Assembly (NCBI RefSeq): GCF_030028105.1
Contig: NC_092377.1
Span: 29,880,782 to 29,944,781, forward strand
Source: Mobula birostris
Taxonomy: Eukaryota
Reading direction: 5' to 3'
Length of the DNA stretch: 64,000 nt
A model generated the notes under the pieces. It searched no databases. It was not told where the DNA came from and saw only the letters and a list, made by a program, of their open reading frames with translations. Both the position numbers and the translations under genes were made by a program. Below are positions 47,944 to 62,990 of the stretch, one piece after another; the first letter of the stretch is position 1; each line of letters opens with the position of its first letter.

Positions 47944-49039
47944 ACACAAAAGCAATGATTAACTTCAATTAATTGTGAAACCTAATCCATGATTCTGTTC
48001 TTGCAAAGCGTGATTTTTGACACAATTCTATTTCTGATTTCTCTTTCTGTGCTTTCAGTGGCAACAACTGTTCTTACGCTTTCCAGGCAAAAGACCACAG
48101 GCTAATTAGATGGCCAGGTTTCTGAAACAAGAACAAAGGATGGACTTCTATCTGCTCTGTAGCTCACGGTTTTATTAAATGAACTCTGAGCTGCCACCAG
48201 AAAAGCAGAGCTTTTATTCTTATCTCAGGGTGTGGACATTAGCAATGCCAGCGTTTAACTGTTTCCTGTGTGGACAGACAAGAATTAACTATACTGGTGT
48301 ATCAGGTGCCACATTTGGGCCACACCAGGTATGTATGGCAGATATTCTACCCTGCAGAGCATTACCAACTATATGAGCTTCTACAAAATGCAGCAGCTTT
48401 ATGGTCACCATTATCACCAGGCTTGCCTTTATTTAGACTCCAGCAATTTCTGTACACAAGCACATATGGGGGACAGGGACCAGTGCCATTCTTTAATGTA
48501 CCAGGCCTTATGAAGTGTCAATGTTGTAAAGAAGAAAATGGATATTAAAAACAGAGATATTGAAGAGAGAAAAGTCTAGATGAACAGAATTACTTTGAGG
48601 ATATATGGGTGTACGGGAGGACAGAATTTAAAAGGGTCAGTCTGGGGGATCTGAAGACTATGTAACTAGTGAAGGAGAGGAGGTTTGGTGAAATTCAGGA
48701 TGAAAAATAGCTGCTTTTATAAAATAAAGCAGTGTAGTGTTCAGCATATGTGGCATCATCCAATATAAGCCAACTCCTCAAATTTTACTACTGTTCAAAG
48801 AAAGTTTACTGAACTGCCTCCTTATTCCACACCAGAAATCATTCCAGAAGGAAACAGAATGATAGATTGTCCATTGATACAAAATATTTAATGTTTTCAG
48901 TGATTCTGTAAAGCTAATATTGATCTAACCAACCATTAAAAAAATTCTAAACTGGTAGCAAGACATCATCTTGAATTAGAGGCATGAGTAGCAACACAGA
49001 TTAATTAAACAATAATCCTTCAAATGCCCTGTATTTAAT

Positions 49040-52000
49040 GTACCTAGAGCCATAAAACACTACAGCACAGAAACATTCCCTTTGGTCTATCTAGCCTGTG
49101 CTGAAGCATTAATCTGCGCCTGGACCATACCCCTCTCATCCATAGAAACAGAAAAACTACAGCACAATATAGGCCCTTCAGACCACAATGCTGTGCTGAA
49201 CATGTACTTACTTTAGAAATTACCTAGGGTTACCCATAGCCCTCTATTTTTCTTAGCTCCATGTACCTATCCAGGAGTCTCTTAAAAGGCCCTATCGTAT
49301 CCGCCTCCACCATCACCGGCAGCCTATTCCATGCACTCACCACTCTCCGTGTAAAAAGTTACCCCTGACATCTCCTCTGTACCTTCTTCCACGCACCTTA
49401 AAGCTGTGCCCTCTCGTGATAGCCATTTCAGCCCTGGGAAAAAGCCTCTGACTATGCACCCAATCAATGCCTCTCATCATCTTATACCTCTATCAGGTCA
49501 CCTCTCATCCCCCGTTGCTCCAAGGAGAAAAGGCCAAGTTCAGTCAACCTATTCTCGTAAGGCATGTTCCCCAATCCAGGCAACTTCCTCATAAATCTCC
49601 TCTGCACCCTTTCTATGGTTTCTAGATCCTTCCTGTAGTGAGGCAACCAGAACTGAGCACAGTACTCCAAGTGGGGTCCGATCCCCACGGCACGCCACTA
49701 GTCACAGGCACAGTCAAGACAGGCAACAGTCTACTACCACTTCTCCCGCAAAGCCAATGTCTAATCCAATTTACTACCACATCTTGAATGCCAAGCGACT
49801 GAATCTCCTTAAACAATTTCCCATGCGGGATCCTGTCAAAGGCCTTGCTAAGGTCCATGTAGGTACCATCCACAGCTTTGCCTTCATCAACTTTAGATCA
49901 TAAGACCATAAGATATAGGAGCAGAATTAGGCCATTTGGCCATCGAGTCTGCTCCACCATTTCATCATGGCTGATCCATTTTCCCTTTCAGCCCCAATCT
50001 CCTGCCTTCTCCCCGTACCCCTTTACGCTCTGACCAATCAAGAATCTATCACGCTCTGCCTTAAATATACCCAACAACTTGGCCTCCACAGCAGCCTGTG
50101 GCAATGAATTCTGCAGATTCACCACTCTGGCTAAAAAAATGCCCCTTCAACTCCATTCTAAAAGGCCGCCCCTCTATTCTGAGGCTGTGTTCTCTGGTCT
50201 TAGACTCTCCCACCATAGGAAACATCCTCTCCATATCCAGTCCATCGAGATCTTTCAACATTCAATAGTTTTCAATGAAGTCACCCCTGATGGTTGAGTC
50301 TGGAGCCAAACAGGGAGCAGATACAGTCTGGCTGGTAGATTTCAATGAAACGGGTGGTTTTTATGACACTCTGATAGCTTCCTCACAATGTTTAATGGTA
50401 CTGGATTAATTTATTTAACTGGTAATTTCCTCAAAAAATTCAACAACATTGGTTAGACATGACCTACCATGCACAAAGCCATTGATAACTATCCCTAATC
50501 AGCCCGTCTATCCAAATACTTAGTTGCCCCATCGCTTAGAATTCTTTCCAATTACTTGCCCGTGACTGATGTCAGGGTCACAGGCCTATAATTTCCAGGC
50601 TTATTATTAGAGCCTTTCTTAAACAACAGAACAACATTAGTTATCCTCCAATCCTCCGGCACCTCATTCATGGATAATGTAATTTTAAATATCTCTGCTT
50701 GGGCCTCTACAATTTCTGCACCAGCTTCCCACAGGGTCTGAGGATTTATCCACCCTAATTTCCCTCAAGTCAGCAAACAATTTCTTCTCTGTAATCTATA
50801 TACAGTCCACAACCTCACTGTTGCATTTCCTCACATCTATAGACTCGGTGCCCATCTCTCGAGTAAATACAGGCGCAAAAAATCCATTTAAGATCTAACC
50901 CATCTCTTTCAGCTCCACACATAGATTACCACTCTGATCTTCCGGAGGACCAATTTACTCCCTTGCTATTCTTTTGATCTTAATATATATATATATATAA
51001 AAGCACCCAAGGATTTTCCTTCAACTTGTCTGCAGAAGCAACCTCATGCCTTCTTATAGCCCCCCACCCGGCTTCTTAAGTATTCTCTTGCATTTCCTAT
51101 ACTCCAAGTTCCTCATTTGTTCTTTTCTGTTTTTATCTGATGTACACCACATCCTTTTTCTTAAGCAGGGCCTCAATATCTCTTGGAAACCAAGGTTCCT
51201 TAAAACTGTTATCCTTGCCTTTTATTCTGACAGAAACGTACAAGCCCTGTAATCTCAAAATTGCACTTTTGAGGGCCTCCAACTTCCCAAGTACACCTTT
51301 GCCAGAAACAACCTGTTCCAATCCACACTTGCCAGGTCCTTTCTGATACCATTAAAATTAGCCTTTCCCCAATTTAGAATCTCAACTGAGGATCAGACCT
51401 ATCCTTTTCCATAAATACCTTGAAACTAGTGGCATTATGATCACTAGATCCAAAGTGTTCCCCAGGCTGGGGAACTGGGGATGGGAAATGTGCTGGCTTA
51501 GCTGGCGACACCCACATCCCATAAATGAATAAATTTTAAAAAACACAAACTATAGTCACTTGCCCTGTCTCATCCCCTAATAGGAGATCTAATATCACTC
51601 TCTCTCCAGTTTGGACCTATGTAGATTAAGGAAACTTTCCTGAGCACATTTGACCAACTCTTTCCTATCCAGCCTTTTTACAGTATGGGAGTCCCAGTCA
51701 ATATGTGGAAGTTTAAAATTGCTTATTATGACAACCTGTGTTTCTTGCAACTATCTGGAATCTCTCTGCAAATTTGCTCCTGTAAATCCCACAGACTGTT
51801 GGGTGGTAAATAATATAGTCCCATTAACATGGTCATACCTTTCTTATTCCTCAGTTCTACCCCTAAAGCCTCACTAGATGAGCTCGCCAGTCTGTCACGC
51901 CTGAGCCCTGCCGTGATATTTTAGCTGACTAGTAATGCCCTGCCCCTTTAATCCCTCTCACTCTATCACATCGAAGACAATGGAAGCCCAGAACACTGAG

Positions 52001-53460
52001 CTGCCCATTCTGCCCTTCTGGCAACTGGGTCTCAGTAATGGGTACAATGTCATAATTCCATGTGCTGATCCATGCTTAAAGCTCATCTGCCTTTCCTACA
52101 ATACCCCTCGCATTTAATTCCAGACTTTGCATGTAGGCGTAACAACTTTCTCCACGACCATTCCACCATCAGTTCAGACATTCTGGTTCTCAACCCCTAC
52201 AACTCTAGTTTAACACCCTACCCCAACCGTGCAGAAGTAGCAAACTTACCCGGCTAGGATATTAGTCCTCCTCCAGTTCAGGTGCAAACAGCCCTTTCTG
52301 TACAGGTCCCACCTTCTCAGGGAAGAGTGCCCAATGATCTGAAGTTCTCCCTCCTGTACCATCTCCTTAGCAACGTGTTAAAGTTTCTGATCTTTTTATT
52401 TCTTGCTTCACTGACACGTGGCATGGGTAGCAAGCCCGAGACCAAACCTTGGATATCCTGTCCTTTAACTTAACACCAAACTCCTTGAAATCACTTTGCA
52501 AGACCTCATCATCCCTCTTACCCATATCACTGGTACCAATGTGGATCATAACACCTTTCCACTTAAGAATACTGTGGACTCCATCTGAGGCATCTCAGAC
52601 CCTAGCGTCTGGGAGGCAACTTACCATCCAGCAATCTCATTTTCAGCCACAGAACTTCCTGTCTGTTTCGTAACCAACAAATCCCTACCACTACAGCTCA
52701 CCTCCTCCCTCCACCCTACCACCCACCTCCCTTCTGAGCCACAGAGCCAGACACAGTGCCAATGACCAGACCGCCGGGGCTTTCCTCTGCTGGGACACTC
52801 CCTGCCACCACCCCACCCCACCCCACCAAATAGGATCCAAAGCTGCACCCTACTTGTTGTTGAGAGGAATGACCACAGGAGTATTCTGCACAGGCACAGG
52901 CCCTTTGCTCCTCCTAACAGTCACTCAGTTAACTGTCTCCTGTGCCTTAGCTGTAACTACCTCCTGTTTGTCCTGCCTATCAACCACTCAAGCCTCCCAC
53001 ATGACCCAGAGGTCCTCAAGCTCCAGCTCCTTAACACAGTCCATTAGAAGCTGCAGCAGATGCACATCTTGCAGGTGTAGTCATTAAGGACACAGGTGGT
53101 CTCTGTGCCTTCTCACATCCCGCAAAGACAGCATTCCACCACTCTGCCTGGCATCCCCACTGCTCTGTACAGTAAGAAAAAAAGTATATATATATATATA
53201 TTTTTTTTTTACATGGCCTACCCTCGCCAAAGCCTCAATAAGCCAACGCCTCAACTCCCCACTCAAACACTGGCCCACTCACATAATGGCTGCTCTACTT
53301 AAACCTAACTTTTTTTTTAATTGGATCTTGTCAAGTGCCTAATTATGCACAATTCAATGGCGTCTTGGGAGCTGTGCATGCAAAATTTGCAGTTGCCCAC
53401 ATTCGCTTCTTTTAAACTCACTCTCCCTCTACACAGTCCAATGTCGTCTTAGGAACTGTG
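49040..53460 (-). mobile_element. Nested CR1 LINE cluster, including a long copy with EN, ORF1 (esterase-like) and 5' region
   Basis: PHLEYCAQFW..; MDLSKAFDRIPHGKL; IHIGTSDMG..; several CR1 tails. Confidence 0.85.
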
Positions 53461-54034
53461 GCGCACAAAATGTGCAAAATATTTGAATACAAGAGCTAAT
53501 ATAATAATATAAAGAAGTAAAAAACCTGAAAAGGAAGAAAGAAATAAAATCTAATTTCCATAACATTTATTTCCCAGCCAGTAACATTGAGGATCTGGTT
53601 TTGGGACTACTACATTCAGGTTTGCTTATTTCTCTTAATTTCACAATGGGTGAGGGTGGGGTAGATGAAGAAACAAGTTTAACATTAAACCTTCCGCCTC
53701 TTCAAATGTCAAGAGAGAACAATCTGGCAAAGTCCCCAAGCACACCATCCTGCTACAGTGGGAGCAGAGCCCTTTACTGTAAGGAGGCTCAGTCTTCACG
53801 TGTTCTGCATCTAATATATTTGAAAACAAAGTCAATACAAGCTCTTCTACAGAGCTACATGCTTCAGGGTTTTTCTTTGCTAGGACTCATTTCCACTCTC
53901 TCGTTCTCCCCCATCGCAATCACATTGTGTCATTCAACAATCGAAATGGCAGCATGCGGCAGGTGAAATACCTTTGTATGAACTGTTTACTCATTCTCCA
54001 AAGAACAGTGTAGGCTTTGCATTTACCATTATGG

Positions 54035-54940
54035 GCTCAGGCTGAGTGGTGCCACAACAAAAACCTCTTACTCAATGCTGTCAAGACCATGGAGCTGATT
54101 ATTGACTTCAGGAGGAGGAAACTGGAGGTCCATGAGCCAGTCCTCGTTGGCAGGGTGGGGGGGGGGGAGGTCACAGGTGGAGAGGGTCAGCAACATTAAA
54201 TTCCTAGGTGTTATCATTTCAGATGACCTATCCTGGGCAATAATGAAGGAAGTACGGCAGCACCTCTGCTTTCTTGGGCGTTTGCTAAGATTTGGCATGA
54301 CATCTAAAATTCTGACAAGCTTCCACTGATGCGTGGTGGAGAATATATTGACTGGCTGCATCACAGCCTGGTATGGAAGCACCAATGCCCGTGAACAGAA
54401 AATCCTACAAAAAGCAGTGGATACTGCCCAGTCCATCGGAGATGAAGCCCTCCCAATCACTGAGCACATCTACATGAAGCGTTAATCGCAGGAAAGCAGC
54501 ATCCATCATCAGGGACCCTTAACATCCAGGTCATGCTCTCTTCTCACTGTTGCCATTAGGAAGGTGGTACAGAAGTCTTAGGACTCTCATCACCAGGTTC
54601 AGGAACAGTTATTACCCTTCAGCCATCAGGCTCTTGAACCAGAGGGGATAACTTCACTCACCCATCACTGAACTGTTCCTACAAACCTGTGAACTCACTT
54701 TCAAGGACTCATGTTCTCAATATTTATTCTTATTTATTATTATTACTTTTTTTTTGTTTCTTTTGTATTTGTCCAGTTTGTTGTCTTCTGCACTCAGTTG
54801 TCCATGCTGTTGGGTGTGGTCTTTCATTGATTCTATTGTGGCTATTTGGATTTATTGAGTATGCCCACAGGAAAATGAATCTCAGGGTTGTATGTGATGA
54901 CATACATGTACTTTAATAATAAATATACCTTGAACTTTGA
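54035..54940 (+). mobile_element. Rex1/Babar LINE 3' part
   Basis: WCHNKNLLLNAVKTMELIIDFRR; VERVSNIKFLGVIISDDLSW; ENILTGCITAWYG; tail tgaactttgaa. Confidence 0.88.
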
Positions 54941-56149
54941 AGTAGAGTTCCCCAGAATTAAGGCCAATGGACTAGAAGCCTCTCAATTGCTTTTGAAATA
55001 TAAATAATTCATGCCCTCTGGGTAGATTGAGGCTTACACCGAGTTACTATAAAATACATGTTGCAGATACTGTTCCTGAAGAAGCAGGTTATGTTCTGAG
55101 CATGGCACATGGCTAGATAAAGACTGAATTTAGTCTCTGAATTACAAAAAAATATTCATCCAACAGCTTTGGTGAAGCAGTCAGAACCTACAAATTTTCT
55201 TAGGTATTTTGTTCAGAATTCTTTGCATTAACTTTCAGTATTTTCAGGTGTGAAACTCCTTTTCTCCCCCCATATCCTTCTGTCGAGAATCGTTAACCTG
55301 AGTTTATGATGACCTATATTCTTTTAAGAGGCAGACCCAACACAATATGCATGTCAGAAATCTGCTCAAAGAGAGAATGGCCCACTATGAAGGGTCTGAG
55401 GGATCTTGGTTGAAAGTTAGTTATTACAAACTAACTTTATTGCACACGTGTTAACATGATTTTTAAACCACAAGAGCCAGCCTCATCACTGATCTTAGCC
55501 TACATGTGGGATTACCAGACTTGCTTGAACCTTGCAAATATTTAAATCTTTTCATTGTCAAAAGCAGATTTGCTTTCCAAAGTTCATTCCCTTCCTATTC
55601 CCATTCATTACTATTTACCTCCAGTTTGGCTAACTTATGTATCAACATTGATAATGGGGTATTCATGGGCCCCACCAGACAACCATATCCAAATCGATAT
55701 CAAGAGGCTCTGCAAGGAGTGGCACCTAATAAGAGTTTAATAGAGACAATTAGATATTAGAGGTCCTGTGGTATTTATGTTGAACTGGACTGCAAACTAC
55801 ATAGAGGTTTGCTTGACTCAAAACTGTCACTTTTAAATTCCTTATCGTGCTCTGTACCAAGATCGTTTTCACTTCCAACACATTCCATCTCCATTCTACT
55901 GCACAATTCCTGGAACGCTTACTGTCCACAAAGGATCAAGTTTCCATCATCCTCGCTGCATCTTCCAGAAATCAACTGAACTCTTCAGCACAAACGCATC
56001 TGGATTCATAGATGAACAACGTGCCAATTCTCTGAATTCCCCAAAATTGTTCTCAGTTTTCTTTGGACCATCTAGCCTGTGGTGTACTTCACTGAGCATT
56101 TCAATTTTTAATAATGCAGAATTTCAGGCAAATGAACTTCTGTTGTATT

Positions 56150-58220
56150 TCAATAGACAATAGGTGCAGGAGTAGGCTATTCAGTCCCTCGAGCCAGCAC
56201 CGCCATTCACTGTGATCATGGCTGATCATCCACAATCAGTATCCTGTTCCTGCCTTCTCCCCATATCCCTGACTCCACTATCATTAAGAGCTCTATCTCT
56301 TTCTTGAAAGCATCCAGAGAATTGGCCTCCACTGCCTTCTGAGGCAGAGCATTCCACAGATCCACAACTCTCTAGGTGAAAAAGTTTTTCCTCAACTCCG
56401 TTCTAAATGGCCTACCCCTTATTCTCAAACTGTGGCCTCTGGTTCTGGACTCCCCCAACTTTGGGAACATGCTTCCTGCCTCTAGTGTGTCTCTTAATAA
56501 TCTTATATGTTTCAATCAGATCCCTTCTCATCCTTCTAAATTCCAGTGTATACAAGCCCAGTCGCTCCAATCTTTCAACATATGACAGTCCCGCCATCCC
56601 GGGAATTAACCTCGTGAATCTACGCTGCACTCCCTCAATAGCAAGAATGTCCTTCCTCAAATTTGGAGACCAAAACTGTACACAATACTCCAGGTGTGGT
56701 CTCACCAGGGTCCTGTACAACTGCAGAAGGACCTCTTTGCTTCTATACTCATCTCCCCTTGTTATGAAGGCCAACATGCCATTAGCTTTCTTCACTGCCT
56801 GCTGTACCTGCATGCTTACTTTCAGTGACTGATGAACAAGGACACCTAGATCTCGTTGTACTTCCCCTTTTCCTAACTTGACACCATTCAAATAGTAATC
56901 TGCCTTCCTGTTCTTGCCACCAAAGTGGATAACCTCACATTTATCCACATGAAACTGCATCTGCCATGCATCTGCCCACTCACCCAACCTGTCCAAGTCA
57001 TCCTGCATTATCACAACATCCTCCGCACATTTCACACTGCCACCCAGCTTTGTGTCATCTGCAAATTTGCTAATGTTACTTTTAATCCCTTCATCTAAAT
57101 CATTAATGTATATTGTAAATAGCTGCGGTCCCAGCACCGAGCCTTGCTGTACCCCACTAGTCACCACCTGCCATTCTGAAAGAAACCCGTTAATCCCTAC
57201 TCTTTGTTTCCTGTCTGCCAACCAATTTTCTATCCATGTCAGTACCCTACCCCCAATACCATGTGCTCTAATTTTGCCTACTAATTTCCTATGTGGGACC
57301 TTATTAAAGGCTTTCTGAAAGTCCAGGTACACTACATCCACTGGCTTGCCCTTGTCCATTTTCATAGTTACATCCTCAAAAAATTCCAGAGGTTAGTCAA
57401 GCATGATTTCCCCTTCATAAATCCTTGCTGACTCGAACCGATCCTGTTACTGCTATCCAAATGTGCTGCTATTTCATCCTTTATAATTGACTCCAGCATC
57501 TTCCCCACCACTGATGTCAGGCTAACTGGTCTATAATTCCCTGTTTTCTCTCTCCCTCCTTTCTTAAAAAGTGGGATAACATTAGCTACCCTCCAATTCT
57601 CAGGAACTGATCCTGAATCTATAGAACATTGGAAAATGATTACCAATGTGTCCACAATTTCTAGAGCCACCTCCTTAAGTACCCTAGGGTGCAGACCATC
57701 AGGCCCTGGGGATTTATCAACCTTCAGTCCCATCAGCCTATCCAACACCATTTTCTGCCTAATGTGAATCTCCTTCAGTTCCTCCGTTACACTAGGTCCT
57801 CCAGCCACTATTACATCTGGGAGATTGTTTGTGTCTTCCCTAGTAAAGACAGATCCAAGGTACCTGTTTAACTCGTCTGCCATTTCCTTGTTCCCCATAA
57901 TAAATTCACCCATTTCTGTCTTCAAGGGTCCAACTTTGGTCTTAACTAATTTTTTTCTCTTCACATACCTAAAGAAGCTTTTACTATCCTCCTTTATATT
58001 CTTGGCTAGCTTGCCTTCGTATCTCATCTTTTCTCCCCATATTGCCTTTTTAGTTATCCTCTGTTGCTCTTTAAAAGTTTCCCAATCCTCTGGCTTCCCG
58101 CTCATCTTTGCTATGTTATACTTCTTCTCTTTTATTTTCATACTGTCCTTGAGTTCCCTTGTCAGCCATGGTCACCCCTTACTCCCCTTAGAATCTTTCT
58201 TCCTCTTTGGAATGAACTGA
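56150..58220 (-). mobile_element. Young CR1 LINE 3' half (RT nearly intact)
   Basis: ORFs 57368..58141 and 56412..57365: [44 protein letters not shown]. Confidence 0.95.
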
Positions 58221-58811
58221 GTTGCAAATTAGTTTCATAACACTTGAATAGAAAGCAACTTGATCTGCAGACATGAATCTCCAGAACTTTAAAAGGAAGA
58301 GAACTGAAGTCTCCAAATTATGAAATTTCCTCATCTTCTAATTTCCTGCTCTTTTTGGTAAAATTGTAGACCTTTTCCCTTATTCTGATACTGTATTTAA
58401 TTTTTTTGTCTTAGAAACACTTTACCTATTCTGTTTTCTTATTTTTTATATATATATATATATATAAAATTAAGAAACTATAATGTGATAATCATGAAAC
58501 CGTAACGTGATATATAATGTAAACTGCACTGATTGTTTAAAGTTAGCCCCTCCTTGCTTACTGCAAGTCCCAATTAAGCCTAGCCACATCATGTCTGATA
58601 CTTTAATAGACTGCTTTTAAATTTAAAACCCTGGTTTCAGATTGAACCAAATCATTTCCAATCACTGTATCAAAATTCTCAAAATGTTATGAACATTCTT
58701 CTGTTGATGGGGCATGGGGAGAATAAACTAGAATTCATGTAAATGGGTGGTTGTTGGTCGGCGCAGACTCGGGCGTGTTGAGAGTCCTGTTTCTATGCTG
58801 CGAGACTATTT

Positions 58812-59097
58812 ATTAAGAGATACCATGTGAAATAGGCCCTTCCAGCCTAATGAGCTGCACTGCCCAGCAAACCACCTACGTAACTCTAGTCTAATCATAC
58901 GACGTGTTACAATGACCAATTAAACTACTAACCAGTACATCTTTGGATTGTGGGAGGAAACCAGAGCACTCAGTGGAAACCCATGCAGTCACAAGGAGAA
59001 CGTGCAAACTTCCTACAGGCGGCACCAGAAATGAACTCTGAACTCCAGAACAGTCCAAGCTGTAATAGTGCTGTGCTATCAACTACACTACCATGGT
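58812..59097 (-). mobile_element. V-SINE (HE1-like) copy
   Basis: V-domain gtttgcacgttctccttgtgactgcatgggtttccactgagtgctctggtttcctcccacaatccaaagatgtac; CR1-like 3' tail. Confidence 0.8.
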
Positions 59098-59454
59098 GTA
59101 AAAGGGCAAAATTTGCATCAGTGCTAATTCTTGATATTAAAATGATCTAACAAAGTTATATGCCTGCAAACAAATAGGCTGGGCACATCCTTTGTTGTTA
59201 CCAGGTAAAACCTGTTCGGCAGATGCATCAACTGCCTTGATCAAACTATATTTGCATACCGGCAGGTGAGGTGATGCAAGTAATTCACACAAAAACATGT
59301 AAAATAAAAAGCAGAAAATGTTGGGAGGTACAATGGGATCAGTGCATAATAGGGGGAAGGCAGACCAGAAGACAATAACAGGTATCAAACTTTATCTTTT
59401 CCCAGACCATATTAATCACTGTGAAATTTCCTGTCAGCAACAGAACATTTTACA

Positions 59455-59900
59455 AGAATAATTGAGGAAAGTAGAGTACACGTGCAATGATGAAGGATGC
59501 GGGCAAGATTCTCAATAACTATTTTGTGACTGTCTTCAGAAAGGAAATGATGCCAGTGCATGGTTAGAGGTGAGAATGTGTGAAGTGCTGGATCAGACAA
59601 ACATAATCGAGTAATAAGTACTAAGGGGAGTAGTCTCTTTGAAAATAGATAAATAATGACTGAAATGATTGAGGTCTTTGAAGGGGTCACAAGGAAGTCT
59701 GATAAGGGCATCTAATGTACTCTACATCAATTTTAATAACAGTTTTGACAAGGTCCTACATGAAAGACTATTCAGGAGTTGAAGTACAAGGTATTATGGA
59801 AAATTAGATTGGAAATTGGCCCGATGCCAGAGTTAAAAGCTGAGGGACTTTTGTGTTTGGCAATGAAAAGCATTTACATCAGTTCTTCTGAAGAACAGAA
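59455..59900 (+). mobile_element. Very degenerate CR1 fragment
   Basis: Remnants of FEGVTRKSDKG..DF..FDKV motifs. Confidence 0.5.
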
Positions 59901-61304
59901 ACATTAACTTTCTTTCTCCTTCCAGAGCTGCTATCCAACTTGATGGGTACCGATCCAGATTTTGCTCTTCTACCGTGCAAACAGCAGCGAAACAGGCCCT
60001 TTGGAACACTGAGTGCATCCACCAGCGGGCACCCCTTTACAGTAATTCCTGTTTATTCTCCCCAATGTCCCATAAATTGCCAGAGCGTTTCAGGGAACAG
60101 TTTTATAATATTTTCAGTTTCTGCAGTTTTCTTTTAATTTTCTGTTTAAATATTTCTTCATTCGCTAATGCATCTGCAGAGATGGTTCTCTTGCTCAGTG
60201 CATTCAAATGCACAGGAAATATTGGCTGCAAATGCATTCCTCTGCCACCCTAAAAGGCATACATCAACTCATTATTGATGATTGCTCCACAGGCAGCTGG
60301 AAAGAGTGCACCATTTAGTACTCTGAAACACATCCATATAAAAGCACTCAACTGACCAAGTATCCAGCTGTCTCCATTAATCAGCTCGTTTACTCAATTC
60401 CAGTAGGCACACCTCAAGCAACAGGATGCTGTTCAGACACGTTCATAAAATTCTTTCCACATTTTGTATACAAGAAAATTGATCAGAAACTACACCCACA
60501 TTTACAGTGATTTTTGAGGTATGAGAGAGAGAAACATTACTCCTACTGATTAAGGTTGAGTAAGAAACAGCAAGAAACTCTTCTCACTGGTTGGAGAAGC
60601 GTGGGTGGTTTAAAACTTCCACATATAGATCACTATGCTAGGTTAATGGACTGGTTTTAAAGCATGACTCAGGTACACATTTGCTCATCCTAAAATGATC
60701 AAGGAAGGGCCGTGTTAAAAAATGGATTTATGAGTGTACTATTCAATTATAACTTAAAGAAAAAATAACAGGGTCCAGGGCTTAATCAATTGAAAATAAG
60801 ATATATATATTTAAAAAACCCCTCCCAGGTTACAGTATGATTCCATTCCTGAGAACTATCAGTAACACTGTAAAATCGTTTGTAAGTTGGAAATATGATG
60901 AGAGAGGGAGCAGAGCAGCTGGTAGTCAGCCTCACTGACTCAGTGATCCCAGCTCTGCTCAGCTCAATTCAGCCCCCAAGTTATTTGATTTGCAGATGGT
61001 GAGGGAGAGAAGGTGCATGGAAATGGTCTGTTCCCACCCAGCAGAAGATAATCGTAGCCCTGAAGAAGCCAGCACATCGATTCCCATCCATCCTCCTGGC
61101 CTCCCAAAAGCTTGTTCATCTGTATTGGCCGTCCACAAGGCTTGGAGGGGACCTCTCAAAATAGGATGACCACGTGAAATATTTTAGCGTAACCTGGTCT
61201 CTGTCTTGAGGTTGTTCAAATTTAACTTGCCTCATCACTTTAGGAATGCTCCTAAAGTATTGTGTAAATTTTATTACTGCTTCCTTAATTCGGAAAGTGA
61301 TCAA

Positions 61305-61595
61305 GTACGGTGGCAGTGTCCAGAGAGGGAGGTTCAGTCCTGACACCCAGTGCTGGCTATGTGGAGTTTACACGTTGTTACTGTGACTGCACAGATATCC
61401 ATCCACATCCCAAAGACGTGTGGATTACTAGGTTAAATCGCCAATGTATATTGTTCCTAGGGTGTAGATGAGGAGTAGAATCTGGGAAGCATTTGACAGC
61501 AATGTAGAAAAATAAAGTGACTTAGCAAAGAATTGGTGTAAATATGGGTCATTAATGATCAGCCTGGACACAATGGGCTGAAGGGCCTGTTTTCT
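61305..61595 (+). mobile_element. Degenerate V-SINE copy
   Basis: tgtggagtttacacgtt..ccacatcccaaagacgtg..gggctgaagggcctgttt. Confidence 0.7.
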
Positions 61596-62584
61596 TTCTC
61601 TCTCTCCCCCTCCCTCCCTCTATGAACAAAACTCAATTGTCCATAGAATTACAAAATACTTTAGACTCATTATATCCAAACAGATAGCCCACAGGACTTC
61701 ATAAAGGAGAATGGTAACAATTACATAAATTATCTACTTAAAAATTGAAGAAACAGTGATAATATTTACTTAATACTTTGGGAGCATTGGAAACCTAGTG
61801 CAGAAAGGACTGAAGGAGGATGTATAAAGGATAACAGAATGGAAGGGCATATACAGTATGACAGCCTAATAGCAAGAACAATTTATTTTGAAAGGAACGG
61901 TGGCTAAAAAAAAGTCCTGCCTTAAAATGATTAAAATTTATACACTAGCCACAAGGAACTAACTAGCTCTGTAATGGATTTTTCAAACAGATTAAGAGAA
62001 CAGACAAAATGCAGATTACTGCAAATTCCCAAGATGATCCCTCAATATCTGCAAATAGACATTACTTGCACCAGAGGAAGTGCCAGCAAGACTGGTTCTC
62101 TTTCCAACTGCATTTAAAAATACATTAACACTGAAGTAAAACTTGTTTACCAACTGTTTTTGGAATGCAAAGAAGCACTCTCTTCCCTATTAAAGCATCT
62201 TTGTAAATGAGTGAACAGCCAATGTGCGACAACAGAAAAGCAGCAGGAACATGGCACGATCAAAAGAGAAGTTGTGTCAAGCATATAAGTCACAATTTTT
62301 TGGATTAAAAAGTAAGGAAGGTTCTTGGTAACCTTCAGCAATTTACAGAAAACTTCAGCCAGCATTTCCGTTTGAAAAAAAATCTAACTACGTGCAGTTG
62401 CAAATATAACTGATTCATTGTACCTTTCATAGGGCAATTTCTTATTTTTGTTTTGGTGTTGTAGCCTGCCCCATTATCACTTGCAATAAAGTAACTTGTA
62501 ATAAATGGAATGTATTGATCTGAAGGCATAATGAATAGATTGAATTTCCTGATGATATTTTTATATAATTCAATTAAAAAAAAT

Positions 62585-62990
62585 GTTTGCATGCGACAGC
62601 AGCCACACCCCAGTGCACCGCTTCAACAGACGGGCTAAACCAGGTGAGGGTAGCGAGCGCCCTCTTTCCCTGGTGAGTTTGGGACGTGCCTGTCCCAGAA
62701 TATGAAGATAGCTCTGGTGGGCTGGGTGGATGTGACCTATAGTGAGATCCGATGGCCAGAAAGGCAGCACTGTAATGCTCCATGGAGAGCGAAGGACATG
62801 ACAATGCACAGAAGACGTCACGGTCATCCACAGCAACTAGGGAGGACCCCAGTTAGTGACACTTGTTTGTACCATTGGACTTGGACTTCTGAGGTCAAGA
62901 GAATGAAACTGCCCCAGCGCAACAGCTTTTTCCACTTCAAAAATTCTTCCACACGTTTCCCATCTTTGTGGAACACACTGGACAACCACC
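62585..62990 (+). repeat. Unclassified GC-richer interspersed repeat, possibly a LINE 5' UTR derivative
   Basis: Abrupt compositional change within AT-rich flanks; family not assigned. Confidence 0.35.

Noticed and set aside
62585-62665. HDV-like ribozyme at the start of the unclassified repeat
   Set aside because: A GGGCUAA-like segment is present but the upstream pairing partners are missing; the fold could not be completed.
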